The position numbers and the translations under genes are program-made. A stretch of DNA of 64,000 bases from Octopus bimaculoides (taxonomy: Eukaryota). The notes below the pieces were generated by a model. That model was not told the DNA's origin. It did not search any database and saw only the letters and a list, made by a program, of their open reading frames with translations. How positions within the stretch are numbered: position 1 is the first letter of the stretch; each line of letters opens with the position of its first letter. The stretch spans positions 91,785,997 through 91,849,996 of the forward strand of contig NC_068989.1 in NCBI RefSeq assembly GCF_001194135.2, written 5' to 3'. Positions 50,462 to 64,000 of this stretch are shown piece by piece.

Positions 50462-51594
50462 AATATATATATACATATATATACGTATATGTATATGTAT
50501 ATATATATATATAAATATATATATACATATATATNNNNNNNNNNNNNNNNNNNNNNNNNNNNNNNNNNNNNNNNNNNNNNNNNNNNNNNNNNNNNNNNNN
50601 NNNNNNNNNNNNNNNNNNNNNNNNNNNNNNNNNNNNNNNNNNNNNNNNNNNNNNNNNNNNNNNNNNNNNNNNNNNNNNNNNNNNNNNNNNNNNNNNNNNN
50701 NNNNNNNNNNNNNNNNNNNNNNNNNNNNNNNNNNNNNNNNNNNNNNNNNNNNNNNNNNNNNNNNNNNNNNNNNNNNNNNNNNNNNNNNNNNNNNNNNNNN
50801 NNNNNNNNNNNNNNNNNNNNNNNNNNNNNNNNNNNNNNNNNNNNNNNNNNNNNNNNNNNNNNNNNNNNNNNNNNNNNNNNNNNNNNNNNNNNNNNNNNNN
50901 NNNNNNNNNNNNNNNNNNNNNNNNNNNNNNNNNNNNNNNNNNNNNNNNNNNNNNNNNNNNNNNNNNNNNNNNNNNNNNNNNNNNNNNNNNNNNNNNNNNN
51001 NNNNNNNNNNNNNNNNNNNNNNNNNNNNNNNNNNNNNNNNNNNNNNNNNNNNNNNNNNNNNNNNNNNNNNNNNNNNNNNNNNNNNNNNNNNNNNNNNNNN
51101 NNNNNNNNNNNNNNNNNNNNNNNNNNNNNNNNNNNNNNNNNNNNNNNNNNNNNNNNNNNNNNNNNNNNNNNNNNNNNNNNNNNNNNNNNNNNNNNNNNNN
51201 NNNNNNNNNNNNNNNNNNNNNNNNNNNNNNNNNNNNNNNNNNNNNNNNNNNNNNNNNNNNNNNNNNNNNNNNNNNNNNNNNNNNNNNNNNNNNNNNNNNN
51301 NNNNNNNNNNNNNNNNNNNNNNNNNNNNNNNNNNNNNNNNNNNNNNNNNNNNNNNNNNNNNNNNNNNNNNNNNNNNNNNNNNNNNNNNNNNNNNNNNNNN
51401 NNNNNNNNNNNNNNNNNNNNNNNNNNNNNNNNNNNNNNNNNNNNNNNNNNNNNNNNNNNNNNNNNNNNNNNNNNNNNNNNNNNNNNNNNNNNNNNNNNNN
51501 NNNNNNNNNTATATATATATGTATATATATATATATATATAAACATACATACATATCTATATACATACTACCACACGCGTAGAAATATACAAGC

Positions 51595-51626
<32 letters not shown>

Positions 51627-51844
51627 GTACATACCTGTCTCTATAGATATGTAGATGCATGTAAATATATATGTATATCTATATATATATATATGTATTT
51701 ATAAGTGTAAATATGTATGTATATGCAAATGCATATATATGTAGATATATGTATGTGTATATATATATTCATATGATATATTATATGAATATACATACCT
51801 ATATATATATATACATACTTACACGCAGACACACACACACACAG

Positions 51845-51879
<35 letters not shown>

Positions 51880-52989
51880 CACACACACATATATGGATTA
51901 TATATATGTATGTATATTATGTGTATACACATGCGCATACTCGTCATCATTTTAAGGTGTACATACCCATACATATCTACTCTATGTCCAGGTACACATA
52001 CACACAAACACACACACAAGCATGCACACACACACAATCACACACGCACTCACGCACTCACACACACACACAGACACACACATACTAGAACGCACATCCA
52101 ACCACTCTTCTACTTGCACTCACAAACGATTTCCCCCCCCCTTACAACCACCTTCTTTGATAATTGTACTTAATGCTTTCACGCCTGGGTTGATACGTAT
52201 TCCCAACCCTTTGCCTCTGAATCTTCAGGTCTCTTACACACACACTCGCACAAACACTCATGCGCACATACATATGCATTCACACATTTCAGTCGGCTAT
52301 CACCCCTTCCCTGGCCTTGTTATCGACTTTTAGTCCGCTAATGTACACAAGCACACACAGAGACACACATTCAAAGAGAGGATCTAATACACCTGCATGC
52401 ATGCACACACCACACCCCTTCTTTTATTTTCTTCCGATAGGATATCCCCTTCCGCCTCCCTTCCAGCTTCTTTGACCAACCCACGTGGTTCACGATACTA
52501 GTTCTCTTCCATTTCTCTAGTATTTTCTGCCCTGTCTATTACACCTCTGGAAATTACTACTGGTTTTTAACAATTCACTATCTTATCACATTTCCTTTGT
52601 AAGAAAGATAATCTTGAAGATATTGGTGTGTTCCCAGAATTCGATTTCCTCTTCAACCTTTGCTTCCAACGTTTTCTCTTAAAACAATCCTTGACTGTTT
52701 AATGTGTTGCGATGTTTTCCTGTGTATTTGGTCATAAAGCTAATCCTCTCTATGGTTTAACCGTAAATTGTTCCCCGTTTTCTTTTTTCGTCTCTGTCCA
52801 TTTCAAACATATTCGTTTCGTATCTTTTTTTTATATCTCCGGACATGGCACTTATTACGTAACCTCCACAGACTTTTCAAATGCTTTATCAATTTCCATT
52901 TGATTAACATACGTATTTATGCACTCATTTCATCAGTGATATTTTGTTCTTGAAAAGTATATTTCTCGTTCAGCTTGCACACTCGCCTG

Positions 52990-53610
52990 ATACTTCCTCT
53001 CCTTCCAGTTCTACACACATACACACGCATATAGGAACACACACACATACACACACACAAAGACAACACACGCACACAGGCATACATACGTACGCACACA
53101 CACACACAAACACTAACACATACATACATAAGCACGCACAAACACAAACATGCACACGCACACACACATACACACATGCGCACACAAACGCAAACACACA
53201 AAAAAGAAAGACACACACGCACACACGCACGTGCACACGCATACACAAACACGCCCACACATATACACACACGAACACAAACACATACGCATACACAAGT
53301 ACACACACCCTCAAACACACACAAACACAAACACACACACATACGCACATAAACACAAACACACACACACACAAACACACACATAAACAACCAAAAACAC
53401 AAACACACATACATACACACAAACACGCACACAAACACACAAGCACACACACACATACACAAGCACACAAACACACACATACACAACCACAAACACAAAC
53501 ACACATACATACACACAAAAGCGCACACAAACACACAAGCACACACACATACACAAACACACACACAATCGCAAACACACGCAAAAACACACAGACACAC
53601 ACTCGTATGC
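52990..53610. repeat. Long degenerate (CA)-rich tract with internal ~100-bp duplication
   Basis: Direct reading. The block translating as ..[16 protein letters not shown].. occurs twice. Confidence 0.9.
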
Positions 53611-53658
53611 GCGAAATAACTTAGTCATACGTATGGAAATATGTGGTCATGATGCTGG

Positions 53659-53741
53659 ATGTATGTCGCTAGGTGTGCGCCAGCCTTCGTGACTTTGTGC
53701 GAGTGTGCTTATGCCGGATTGCTTTTTCTCTGCTGGTTGCA
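53659..53741 (+). CDS. Candidate signal-peptide-like first exon (MYVARCAPAFVTLCECAYAGLLFLCWL)
   Basis: ATG, 27 mostly hydrophobic codons, donor GCA|GTAAGA at 53742 (phase 2). It is a GC-richer patch in AT-rich surroundings. Confidence 0.2.
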
Positions 53742-54244
53742 GTAAGATACATTTTGAAGACGTTTGCATAGCAGAAATCACAAACTGTTCAATAAAATAT
53801 ATTTCCTTTTGTATATCATTTAAATAATCATATTCATGCGTAATTATCATTCATACATAGCATTATATCACTTTCTTTTCATACATAAATTTATGACAAA
53901 ATTTATTAACATTATCAAAATAAAGTAACATTATTAAAAATGTCCAAGACAATCAATGTTGTTTCTTTCAATGATAACATGGTTGTAAATGTATTTTAAA
54001 ATTAAAATATTAATGTCTATGATTCAAATAAAATTGATTTTTTTAAAAAAGACAATCTATATTTAATGAAATTCTGGCGACATATACCTTACATTGTTTA
54101 ATTCGATAGCTGAATCTTTCTATTTTGATCATCTTAAACATCATCATCATCATCATCATCATCGTCGTCATCATCATCATCGTCGTCGCCATCGTCGTCG
54201 TCATCATCTTCAGCATCATCATTGTTGTTGTTACGTCTCTGCGA

Positions 54245-54460
54245 TGTGGTAGGAGGGAAAGCAATGTCGACGACTGTGGAACGTAAAAATGGCCGCACTT
54301 TGTCTGTCTTTACGTTCTGAGTTTAAATTGGGCAGTAGTCGACACTGCTTTACTTTCTTCAGCGGTCGATAAAATATCGACCCCCGTCAAACACTGGGGT
54401 CGATGTAACAGACTTACCTCTCCCTCAAAGCTGCTGGCCTTGTGCCAAAATGTGAATCGA
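54245..54460 (+). mobile_element. Family-A SINE, diverged, following a (CAT)n/(CGT)n tract
   Basis: TTACGTTCTGAGTTTAAATT...GTCGAC...CACTGGGGTCGATGTAA...GGCCTTGTGCCAAAA. Confidence 0.75.
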
Positions 54461-54837
54461 TGATTGTTTATATTGCTGTTATTATTGTTATCATTATTCA
54501 GTAGTTTTATTAATATCGTGTGCTTGCACTGCGCTTCTTTCCCGTTTCCTTCGTGTCATCTCAGTCCTGTTTCTAAATACATCTAACACAACAGACTAAG
54601 ACTGAAAAATTGCTTGCGTGTTCATGGTTTGTTATCTAAATCTGTCAAATGAACGTGTCTTAAAGCATGAAACTATTAGTTGGCCCTTAGTAATTGTGTA
54701 TATTAAATGATATTTATCTCTCACTGTACGGGGTGTATTTTCTGTTCATCGTACGCATAACGGAACAACGGATCTGTCACATACATATACTAACACATAC
54801 ACACACACACACACACACGCATACACATATATGTAAT

Positions 54838-54869
<32 letters not shown>

Positions 54870-54923
54870 ACGTATGAATATAAATGTATATACTTATATA
54901 TATGTATGTATATATGTATGTAT

Positions 54924-54957
<34 letters not shown>

Positions 54958-55900
54958 CCATATATACGTACATATGTAGAGGAGTTGATAGAAAATCTTT
55001 ATTATGCAAAATTCTTATGAAAAGATTTGGTTACACCAACGAAATTCGAAAGACAATTTGTTCTCCATAGGCAACCCAACATCACTATACTCAATGCGGA
55101 TTTATAAAGTTTAATTCTCAAATTCAAGGATTACCAAATATGTCTATCTAAAAATATTTTATTTCTTGCATATTGTCACAATTGCATTTGCATATTATCC
55201 AAATTCTTCTGCAAACAATGCGCACATAGCGTCCAATATCAACTGGCTTTCAGATTTTATTTCATTCTGTCTTTTCCAACCGTTTCCTGAACTACATTGC
55301 GTGTGTACAGACAGACGAAATATCACAAGTACATAGCAATACCATAAAACGTGGAGTCCCGCAATAATTTTCTGTGTTGGGAGGACATAAGCAGGAAGTT
55401 GGTTAAGCAACTATTAAAGCCAATATTTTTCTTAAAACACACATCTGACAAAAACGTCAGTAAAAGCGAATATACAGTCACGAAGATTGATGTTTAGCGG
55501 CAAGTGGCTTTTGCTCCTTTTCTCGAGTGGTATTTTAGTTTGTTAATTCAGGAAGGATAAAACACAAGGTAGACCCTGATGGCTTTGAACACAGGACATT
55601 AGCTAAAACCTCTGGATATTAACATACACCACTAAACACTTCATCGTTGCTCTAACACTTAAACTAAGCCTCGAAGTATATTTATGTCTTCTTGGAACTC
55701 TGGACCTACACTGATGCAAGTTCACGCCGGCGTGCTTAAGGTTCCAATGAAGGAACCTTATAATTACTCACACATACACGCAAACATATATGTATACATA
55801 CATACGCACATACATTCATATATACATACGTATGCGTGTGTGTGTGTATGTATGTGTGAGTGTTTGTGTGTATCTGTGTGAATGTGTAAGGATATACTGT

Positions 55901-56204
55901 GAAGTTATGTGGCTTAGTGATAAAAGTATTCAGCTAATGATCGCATGATCCAAAGTTCGATTCCGGGCGGCGTGTTTGTCCTTGAGCAAGATTCTTTCTT
56001 CACGTTACCCCAGTTCACTCAGATTGCAAAACAATGGGGTTGCATCTGTATTTCAAAGGGCCAGACTTGTTGCATTCTGTGTCACGGTGAACTCCATGAG
56101 AACTGCGTTACAGGTACACGTGTCTGAAGAGTGTTCTGTCCCTTGTAGGATGTCGCGTTCATCGGATCAGTTGGAGCCCTCATCGTCGTAACCGACGTAG
56201 TGCC
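55901..56204 (+). mobile_element. Family-C SINE
   Basis: GTGGCTTAGTGATAAAAGTATTC...AGTTCGATTCCGGGC...TCCTTGAGCAAG...ATCGGATCAGTTGGAGCCCTCATCGTCGTAACCGAC. Confidence 0.82.
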
Positions 56205-57120
56205 AATTTGTATGGACAGACACACAGACACAAACAAGTTAATATAAATAACTCCGTCAGGACCTCAAGATTATCTAACCGAATTTGAGACAGATGATCA
56301 TTTCTTTATCTTTTTTTTTCTATAGCTTCAGCTCAGAGCTGCGGCCATGCTAAGGCACCGCCGTATCTTATACATGAGTTTATATCTGAACTGAGATTCG
56401 GTCCCATGCAGTTAAATTCCGATCTTTCCTTTCTTCATTTATGATAGAGATTTCCATGGATTATTAGATTTCTGTTAGGTCACATCATTCTTTCTCCCGT
56501 CTTGCAGGATTCTGACCAAGGAGATGAAGCAATTTTCATTCCTATTTTCTTTAAATATGTTTTCAAATTCCACTGTCTCTCGGTATTCACTTTTTCCATT
56601 AAATTATGTATTATCTTATCTTTACTTTCATTGTTTGGTCAGTATAATTACCTTGTGTATTCCTTATTATTTGCTTCTATTAAAGGAAAATCTGTTTTGT
56701 TTGTTCCGTTGACGAAAATTGTTTTGTTTTAGCGATTTACCTAACGTTTCTTAGTGTGGTATATGCTTCTCTAACTGAAATCCAATTAATCGTTAATCTA
56801 TCATTCGCTATATCACAAGCGCCTCGTGTTTTTTATACTGTGGCAATTATTTTACAAGAATTCGGCCCCTTTCACTTAATTGAGGTAAACAACCTCCCTT
56901 CCTCTCACCTTACACGGAGGACTAGAAACAGGGATACGGACTCTCTTTCCCTCTTCTTACGAAGATATACATGACTAAAACCAACCGTGGGGATTTTATA
57001 ATTATTTTTATAACTATTCAGGAAAAATCCTTTCAGTATATATTAAGTACTCCACTAGTTCAGGTACTGCGCGTGTGCATGGTAGCTGCAGTCCTAGAGT
57101 GGCTATAATATTAAGCTCCC

Positions 57121-57260
57121 GAAGGCGGCGAGCTTGCAGAAAAGTTAGCACCCCGGGCGAAATGCTTAGCGGTATTTCGTCTGCCGCTGCGTTCTGAGTT
57201 CAAATTGCACCGAGGTCGACGTTGCCTTTCATCCTTTCGGGGTCGATTAAATAAATACCA
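57121..57260 (+). mobile_element. Family-A SINE, relatively young, 3'-truncated
   Basis: GAAGGCGGCGAGCTTGCAGAAAAGTTAGCACCCCGGGCGAAATGCTTAGCGG...GCCTTTCATCCTTTCGGGGTCGAT. Confidence 0.9.
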
Positions 57261-57356
57261 GGCCCTCTCGCACGCACCTACGCGCACACACACGTACACA
57301 CACGTACACATACATGCACCAACATATACATATATATATGTGTATACATTTATATA

Positions 57357-57387
<31 letters not shown>

Positions 57388-58955
57388 NNNNNNNNNNNNN
57401 NNNNNNNNNNNNNNNNNNNNNNNNNNNNNNNNNNNNNNNNNNNNNNNNNNNNNNNNNNNNNNNNNNNNNNNNNNNNNNNNNNNNNNNNNNNNNNNNNNNN
57501 NNNNNNNNNNNNNNNNNNNNNNNNNNNNNNNNNNNNNNNNNNNNNNNNNNNNNNNNNNATATATATATATATATATATATACGTGTGTATGTATATATAT
57601 AGTTAGTTAGATAGATAGACAAATAGATAGATTGATTGATAGATAGACATATAGATAAACAGACAGACAGACAAATAGATAGATAGATATAAATATATAT
57701 ATGTATATGCATATGTATATATAAGTTAAAAACCTTTTAGAATGCTACGCAAAGCTCATCCACCGTTAGTGGCTACGTGATGTCATCATACAATGGAAAT
57801 GAGGTGGCAGCAGGATATACATTTGGAATTCTATAGAATTTGTAGACTCTATACCAATAGACAAACAAAAGAAAATGGAACGAACGACATTCTTTAATGC
57901 AAAACTGTAATGCAAAGTATGTCGCTAATAGACTATTTACCAAGGAATTGTTGAGGACATCTTCAGTGGTATTAATAATTCAATTTCGTAATATCCCATT
58001 CCGAAAGTATCACTTTTCCTCCAAAAATTCATCTATAATGTAATTTTTACCAATAATTACTTTTGTCCACTTTATGGCTAATAACCTAATATGGGTGGGA
58101 AGCATTATGCCAAAATGAAAATGGCAGACAACTCTGAGCGATATATTTTAACTGTCATTATTTTAAAAGCAGTCACGCACGGAGTGCATGCTCTTTTAAG
58201 CACCCGGAGATAAGAGTTATTACCATTCTATCACATATATTCTGACTGTTCTGTTACGTACTTCTGGTACACTCCGGAAAAGTTATCATATTAGAAATTT
58301 TCATTCAAATTTATACATTCTAGGAACGAATACTTCATAAAATATTGTCAACATAAATACATATTACGGAATATCATTCAACTCAAATGAAGAATATATT
58401 GTTCCATAAAATATAGAATTTTATGTTTTTGGAAACATTTCGAAAAGTATTGAATGCTGTTTGAAGTATTTAGAGTTCATCGCACAAACTTGAATTTTTA
58501 TATCAAAGATTTTCGGAAGCACATTGTTGTTCAATGATATTTCCTATCAAAATTGCTACTTTTTTTCTCTTTTTGTAAACTCGTATCTTCTTGCCTCAAA
58601 ATTTATAAAAAAAACTTGAATTTTTCTGTCTATAAAAATTTTCTGTCATTTTATTAATGCTTAAATGTTAATGAATACTTTTTCCTTCTGCCCATAACAT
58701 TTATAGCGCAATTTACAAGTTTCTCTCTTTATGGCTTTTCTTTTAGTCTCTTCTATTTTCATCTTTTTAGACTCCAGATTCTTCTTTTCTTCTTATTCTT
58801 CAACTCTTTCATATAAACGCATAAGTATATTTCTTCCTCTGCATAATTTTTCCATTCATTCATTTCCCCTATTTTCATTTCCATTCTCTGAATACTAACA
58901 CTATTTTCACTCTATTCTCTTCCCCTCCGGGTACAATATATTTATATGCACCCCC

Positions 58956-59003
<48 letters not shown>

Positions 59004-59470
59004 TATATATGTTTCCATTCTCCTTGTTAGTAATACTGTACCTAATAACACTGGACATGATAATGCCGGTCGTCACTTAACTCTGTTCTCTGTCATTTTC
59101 TGTCTGCGATATATTTTGCTATCCATTCTTCTATAACTTTCTTTATTATCTTTCTTCCTTCCAAATGTTCTTTAATGCCTTCTGATTCATCACACCTTTT
59201 CACTTATTTAACAACTTTGATTAACATATTTCGTGTTTTTAAATACATTCTAATTGTATTTAGTTTCCTTATGTTTATTTGTATTGAAATTTATATCCAC
59301 TCATATTCTAAGCATATTTCATGTCTTAGCTTTTGGTTACTAAGCATTTAAATCTTAGATTTTAAAATTTAAAAATCTTGTTTGGACGAAATTCATCCAA
59401 GACTGTTCCTTAAATACGTTAAAAGGAAACTGATATAAAGTGAAAATGGTAACGAGAAATCCTGTGTGCG

Positions 59471-59510
<40 letters not shown>

Positions 59511-59729
59511 AGGGCATTACTATACAATAATGCCTCACGCTTAGAGGGACTCCATAAGTCAAAACAACCAAAATAAGCACATATTTTTTACCGATCACGA
59601 GGGAATGCAACTTTCAAAGCTAGCCTCCTAAAAACTTTTAACTTAACGGTAAACCAATGGTTTCATAATTAATGCACTAAACTGCATCAGTACACGTATG
59701 GTCAAGACACATGAAAATAAACAAAAATC

Positions 59730-59900
59730 AACATACCCTGACGAACACTCCATGAGAACCCATGTTCGAAATTTCCCCAACACACCTGATGAATGCTGGA
59801 GCGTATATCAGCCGAAATGTTGTGTTAATAACAAACAAGATGAGGAAAAATATCCGTCGAATGTAAATAATGTACATAATGTAAATAATGTAAATAATTC
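59730..59900 (+). ncRNA. Two tandem decayed hammerhead-like motifs followed by a 9-bp tandem repeat (probable PLE terminus)
   Basis: CUGACGA...GAAAUUUC (59738-59775) and CUGAUGA AU GCUG...CAGC C GAAA UGU U GUGU (59786-59825). (AATGTAMAT)x4 at ~59860-59897. Confidence 0.5.
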
Positions 59901-60923
59901 CTCTTCCCATAAATATAGAACTGCATGTATATATTTGTTTGTATGTTTATGCATGCATAAATATTTATATAGATGTATATATNNNNNNNNNNNNNNNNNN
60001 NNNNNNNNNNNNNNNNNNNNNNNNNNNNNNNNNNNNNNNNNNNNNNNNNNNNNNNNNNNNNNNNNNNNNNNNNNNNNNNNNNNNNNNNNNNNNNNNNNNN
60101 NNNNNNNNNNNNNNNNNNNNNNNNNNNNNNNNNNNNNNNNNNNNNNNNNNNNNNNNNNNNNNNNNNNNNNNNNNNNNNNNNNNNNNNNNNNNNNNNNNNN
60201 NNNNNNNNNNNNNNNNNNNNNNNNNNNNNNNNNNNNNNNNNNNNNNNNNNNNNNNAATCATAATAATGGCCGATCATAACAATGGCTGACCGGAAGTTAG
60301 AAATTCTTATTTCAGGAGATATGTGTGTGTGTATATATATATTAAGAAATATATGAGTATATATGTATGAATGTATAGATGGATGAATAGACGGGTGGAT
60401 GAATGGTCGGATGGATAAATCTATACAGATTTATGTAACATGAAATAGGAAAACCAGAAAAAATGTGAAAACGACGTCAATTAATGAGATAATAATGTGA
60501 AACTTATAAAGGAAGCAGCAAAAGTGAAAAACAGAAATGTGAAAAGTGTGTTTTGTAATATATTACAGGAGAGATAAGAAAGAAACAGAGAGAGAAAGAG
60601 AGAATAGAGAATGTAACAGAAATAATTATGATTTATTCAGTTTGTCTTTCGTGTACGTCACTTTCTAACTCCATACACAGGCACATACATACATACATAC
60701 ATACATGCATACATACATATATGTATACACACGCATACACACGTGCGCGCACACATACTGATAAACAATTTTTTGATGAATGTTATCAACACAGTCGTAA
60801 TTTTCGCTCACCGAAGAATATCTCCGCAGAATTTCGTTAAATGTGTGTCTCTGTCAAGCCACACAAGGGTCCATAGTATGTAGTGCATATATTCTGTTAT
60901 ATGTATGTATGTATGTATGTATG

Positions 60924-61006
<83 letters not shown>

Positions 61007-61098
61007 GGCTATTTTCGTAAGCATATATACATGTTAATACACACAATCCGCCTTCCCCACACACACACCTACAACTTCATACGCAAGCACACAGGCAC

Positions 61099-61201
<103 letters not shown>

Positions 61202-61761
61202 ACGAAAAATATGGAGAGGGAAAAAATTACCAGTGAAAACTGAAAGGAGGAATCCAACCGTATTATAATGAAATGCAAACGTGAAAACAATTATAACATA
61301 ATGGAAAACGAATAAAATATGATAAATGACATATAATTTTGATAATAAAGCAAATAGATGCAATATTGGAGAGCAATTTTTAAAGAAACCAAATTCTCTT
61401 TCTATATTTCTCATTAAATTTAACCGTTCTATAAGGATTGGTTTTACAAAAATACCATTGGCTGGTCTTGTTTCCTCATATGAATTTCACTTTTGTTCAT
61501 TATTGTGAATGGTTTCACTTTCTTTCTTTTACTTGTCCGTCAGATATTTACTTCCTACATATCTTCAGTATTAGCATTTGATATATCCACCCACAACACG
61601 TAGGAGATAAACATAAATATGTACATATATGCTGGTAAATGAGCATATACATTAATATATGAATATATACATTTCCTACAAGATATACATACATACATAT
61701 ATATATATATNNNNNNNNNNNNNNNNNNNNNNNNNNNNNNNNNTATATACATATATATACA

Positions 61762-61846
<85 letters not shown>

Positions 61847-61867
61847 GTTTATATATGTACATATATA

Positions 61868-63117
61868 TAGGGTTTGGACAAAATAATGGAAACACCTAGC
61901 ATCATAGCATCATAATTTTGAAATATTTATAAAACTATCAAAAGCTTGTTTATTTTTATGGTTTTTGATTTATTGTTAGTGTTGCTTATAGGTTTTGCTA
62001 AAATTGCTGTGTCTTTTCAGATATCATAAGCAAAAGGTAATTAAAATTCATTAAAATGGCAGATATATCGGACTTTCAAAGAGGTCAAATTGTTGGTGTT
62101 CCTATGGCAGGCGCTAGCGTAACAGCTGAAATGTTTGGTGTATCAAGAAGTACTGTCTCCAAAGTAATGACAGCCTTTGAGAAACAGGAAAACACCTCTT
62201 CATCAAAACAAATCTCTGGAAGAAAACCAAAACTTTCAAAACTTCGGACTCTAACGAGAATTGCTAGAAAAGATAAGAAAAGTACAGCTCCCAAAATTAC
62301 TGCAGAGTTTAATGACCACCTCGAGAACCCAGTATCCACAAACACTGTTCGCCAGGAGCTGCACACAGCTGGATTCCACGAGAGGGCTGCAATAAAAAAA
62401 AACCACTACTTTCAAAAACAAACGTTGCAAATGTTTAGAGTGGAGTAAAATCTTACAGGCAGTGGAAGAGTGTTATTTTCTTGGACGAGTCATCCTTTAC
62501 CTTATTTCCAACCACCGGTCGAGTATACGTGTGGAGACAGTCAAAAGAAGCATTTGATCCAGGCTGCCTTCTTTCAACTGTTAACCATGGGGAAGGATCT
62601 GTGATGATCTGGGGAGAGGGGAGATATATGTTGGAAATCCGCTGGCCCAATGGCTTTCCTTCATAGAATTAATAATCAAGACTATTTAAGCATTTTATCA
62701 GATGAAGTTTATCCTATGGTTGCGGAACTGTTTCCGAACAGAAAGGCAATGTTTCAGGATGATAATGCACCAATCCATACAGCTAAAGTTGTTACTGAAT
62801 GGCACGAGGAACATTCTGGTGAAGTTGGACATTTTATCTGGCCACCACAGTCCCCAGATCTCAATATTATCGAACATTTATGGTACATTTTAGAAAAACA
62901 AGTAAGGAGTCGATATCCTCCACCATCATCACTGAAAGAACTAGAGACTGTTTTAAATGAAGAATGGACAAAAATCCTTTGGAAACAATTCAAACTTTCT
63001 ACGAGTCCATATCCCATAGAATTCAAGCTGTAGTTACTGCCAAAGGCAGTCCTACCCCATATTAAAATAAATTTGTTTGAAATTTTAAGGTGCCTCCATT
63101 ATTTTGTCCAACCCCTG
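61868..63117 (+). mobile_element. Full-length Tc1-family DNA transposon with DD36E spacing, frameshifted transposase
   Basis: ~30-bp TIRs (TAGGGTTTGGACAAAATAATGGAAACACCT / AGGTGCCTCCATTATTTTGTCCAACCCCTG) with TA on both sides. Paired-like HTH, GRK, DESSF, QDDNAPIH, WPPQSPDLNIIEHLW. Transposase split over ORFs 62056-62448, 62481-62666 and 62650-63033. Confidence 0.95.
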
Positions 63118-63162
63118 TATATATATATATCTATATCTATAAACATATACGTACATACACAC

Positions 63163-63193
63163 AGACGGAAACTGAAAGAATACCATCTGATAA

Positions 63194-63248
<55 letters not shown>

Positions 63249-63250
63249 CA
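63163..63250 (+). mobile_element. Family-B SINE middle fragment with (GT)n
   Basis: AGACGGAAACTGAAAGAA followed by (TA)(GT)n. Confidence 0.6.
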
Positions 63251-63462
63251 TCACCCGTAATGTAGCGCATCAAGGCTCTGTCCCAACATGTCTCCTGTCC
63301 AATGACGTAGGTAAGTAAAGTATAAAAGATTAACATTACAGTAAAACTATGAATCTCTTTTCTGATTTCCTTACGTCATTTTTTAACGAAATCAGTCAAC
63401 TTCGCGTCTTGTTTTACATAAGTTTCTTTTACATAATTTTCTTTTATCGACGGTTAGCTCTA

Positions 63463-63503
<41 letters not shown>

Positions 63504-63627
63504 ATACACACACACACAAACACAGACACACACACACATGTATGTATATATAAATATATACATATGTCTCTCTCTATTTATATACATATATGCGTGTGTG
63601 TGCGTATGTATATATGTATTAATGCAT

Positions 63628-63664
<37 letters not shown>

Positions 63665-63704
63665 AAGATATATATATATATGTATATATGTATAAAGTGT
63701 AGTA

Positions 63705-63925
63705 TATTGCCACTTAAGTGTGGCTGACCCCTAGGGGTGGATGTTACTGTTGCTTTTAGCCCCAGGAGGACATCTCCTCCAGCTGGCTTATCGACACACG
63801 ACTGTGTCCTGTTTGCCAAGGGAGTTATCCCTCTCACCACGACCAGCAGCACGAACGTATCCGGATTTCAGGGTTATTTCCCTTCTTCGGCGTTCGACAG
63901 CTGATGACCTTGGTGAGAGAGAAAA
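63705..63925 (-). mobile_element. GC-rich structured repeat fragment, possibly an RTE-type LINE 5'UTR
   Basis: Hairpins GCCAC/GTGGC, ACCCCTAGGGGT and AGGAG/CTCCT. Minus-strand GAAGGGAAATAACCCTGAAATCC recalls RTE 5'UTR motifs. The assignment is weak. Confidence 0.3.
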
Positions 63926-64000
63926 ACCTGGCAAAATCTTATATCTTCTTTTCCAGTGACATTCTTCACTGATATTGAAAAGGTGAAAACAAGCAATGTT

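Noticed and set aside
55195-55410. 71-aa minus-strand ORF
   Set aside because: No recognisable motif or splice support.
58170-59400. Long purine-rich (minus strand) stretch resembling a decayed transposase or LINE
   Set aside because: Many stops in all frames and no diagnostic motif, so it cannot be classified.
63898-63935. CTGATGA...AAAA hammerhead-like motif
   Set aside because: No GAAA directly after a paired stem II and no cleavage triplet with stem I.

Overview
AT-rich, microsatellite-saturated eukaryotic DNA with about 18 assembly gaps, most flanked by (TA)n. The repeat content (several tRNA-derived SINE families, Dong/R4-like and RTE LINE fragments, Penelope-like elements, Tc1/mariner, hAT MITE, Helitron) is what I associate with a coleoid cephalopod, most likely Octopus. 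That is an inference and I could not verify it. Almost all ORFs in the supplied track are artefacts of microsatellites or N-gaps. I recognise no named host gene. The best host-coding candidate is a Cys-containing orphan exon at 16782-17274 (+). The most notable signals are: (1) a structurally complete type I hammerhead ribozyme (minus strand, 36890-36957) inside a ~450 bp element with ~90 bp terminal inverted repeats, plus about five further variant or decayed hammerhead motifs, several at Penelope-like ends; (2) a full-length Tc1-type transposon with DD36E catalytic spacing (61868-63117); (3) an internally deleted Helitron joining 23-aa STPR-type repeats to the helicase C-terminus; (4) a CpG-rich 22-bp tandem array whose unit looks like a Helitron 3' end; (5) Dong/R4-like LINE pieces abutting (AAT)n tracts; (6) several long fold-back elements and nested or arrayed SINEs.
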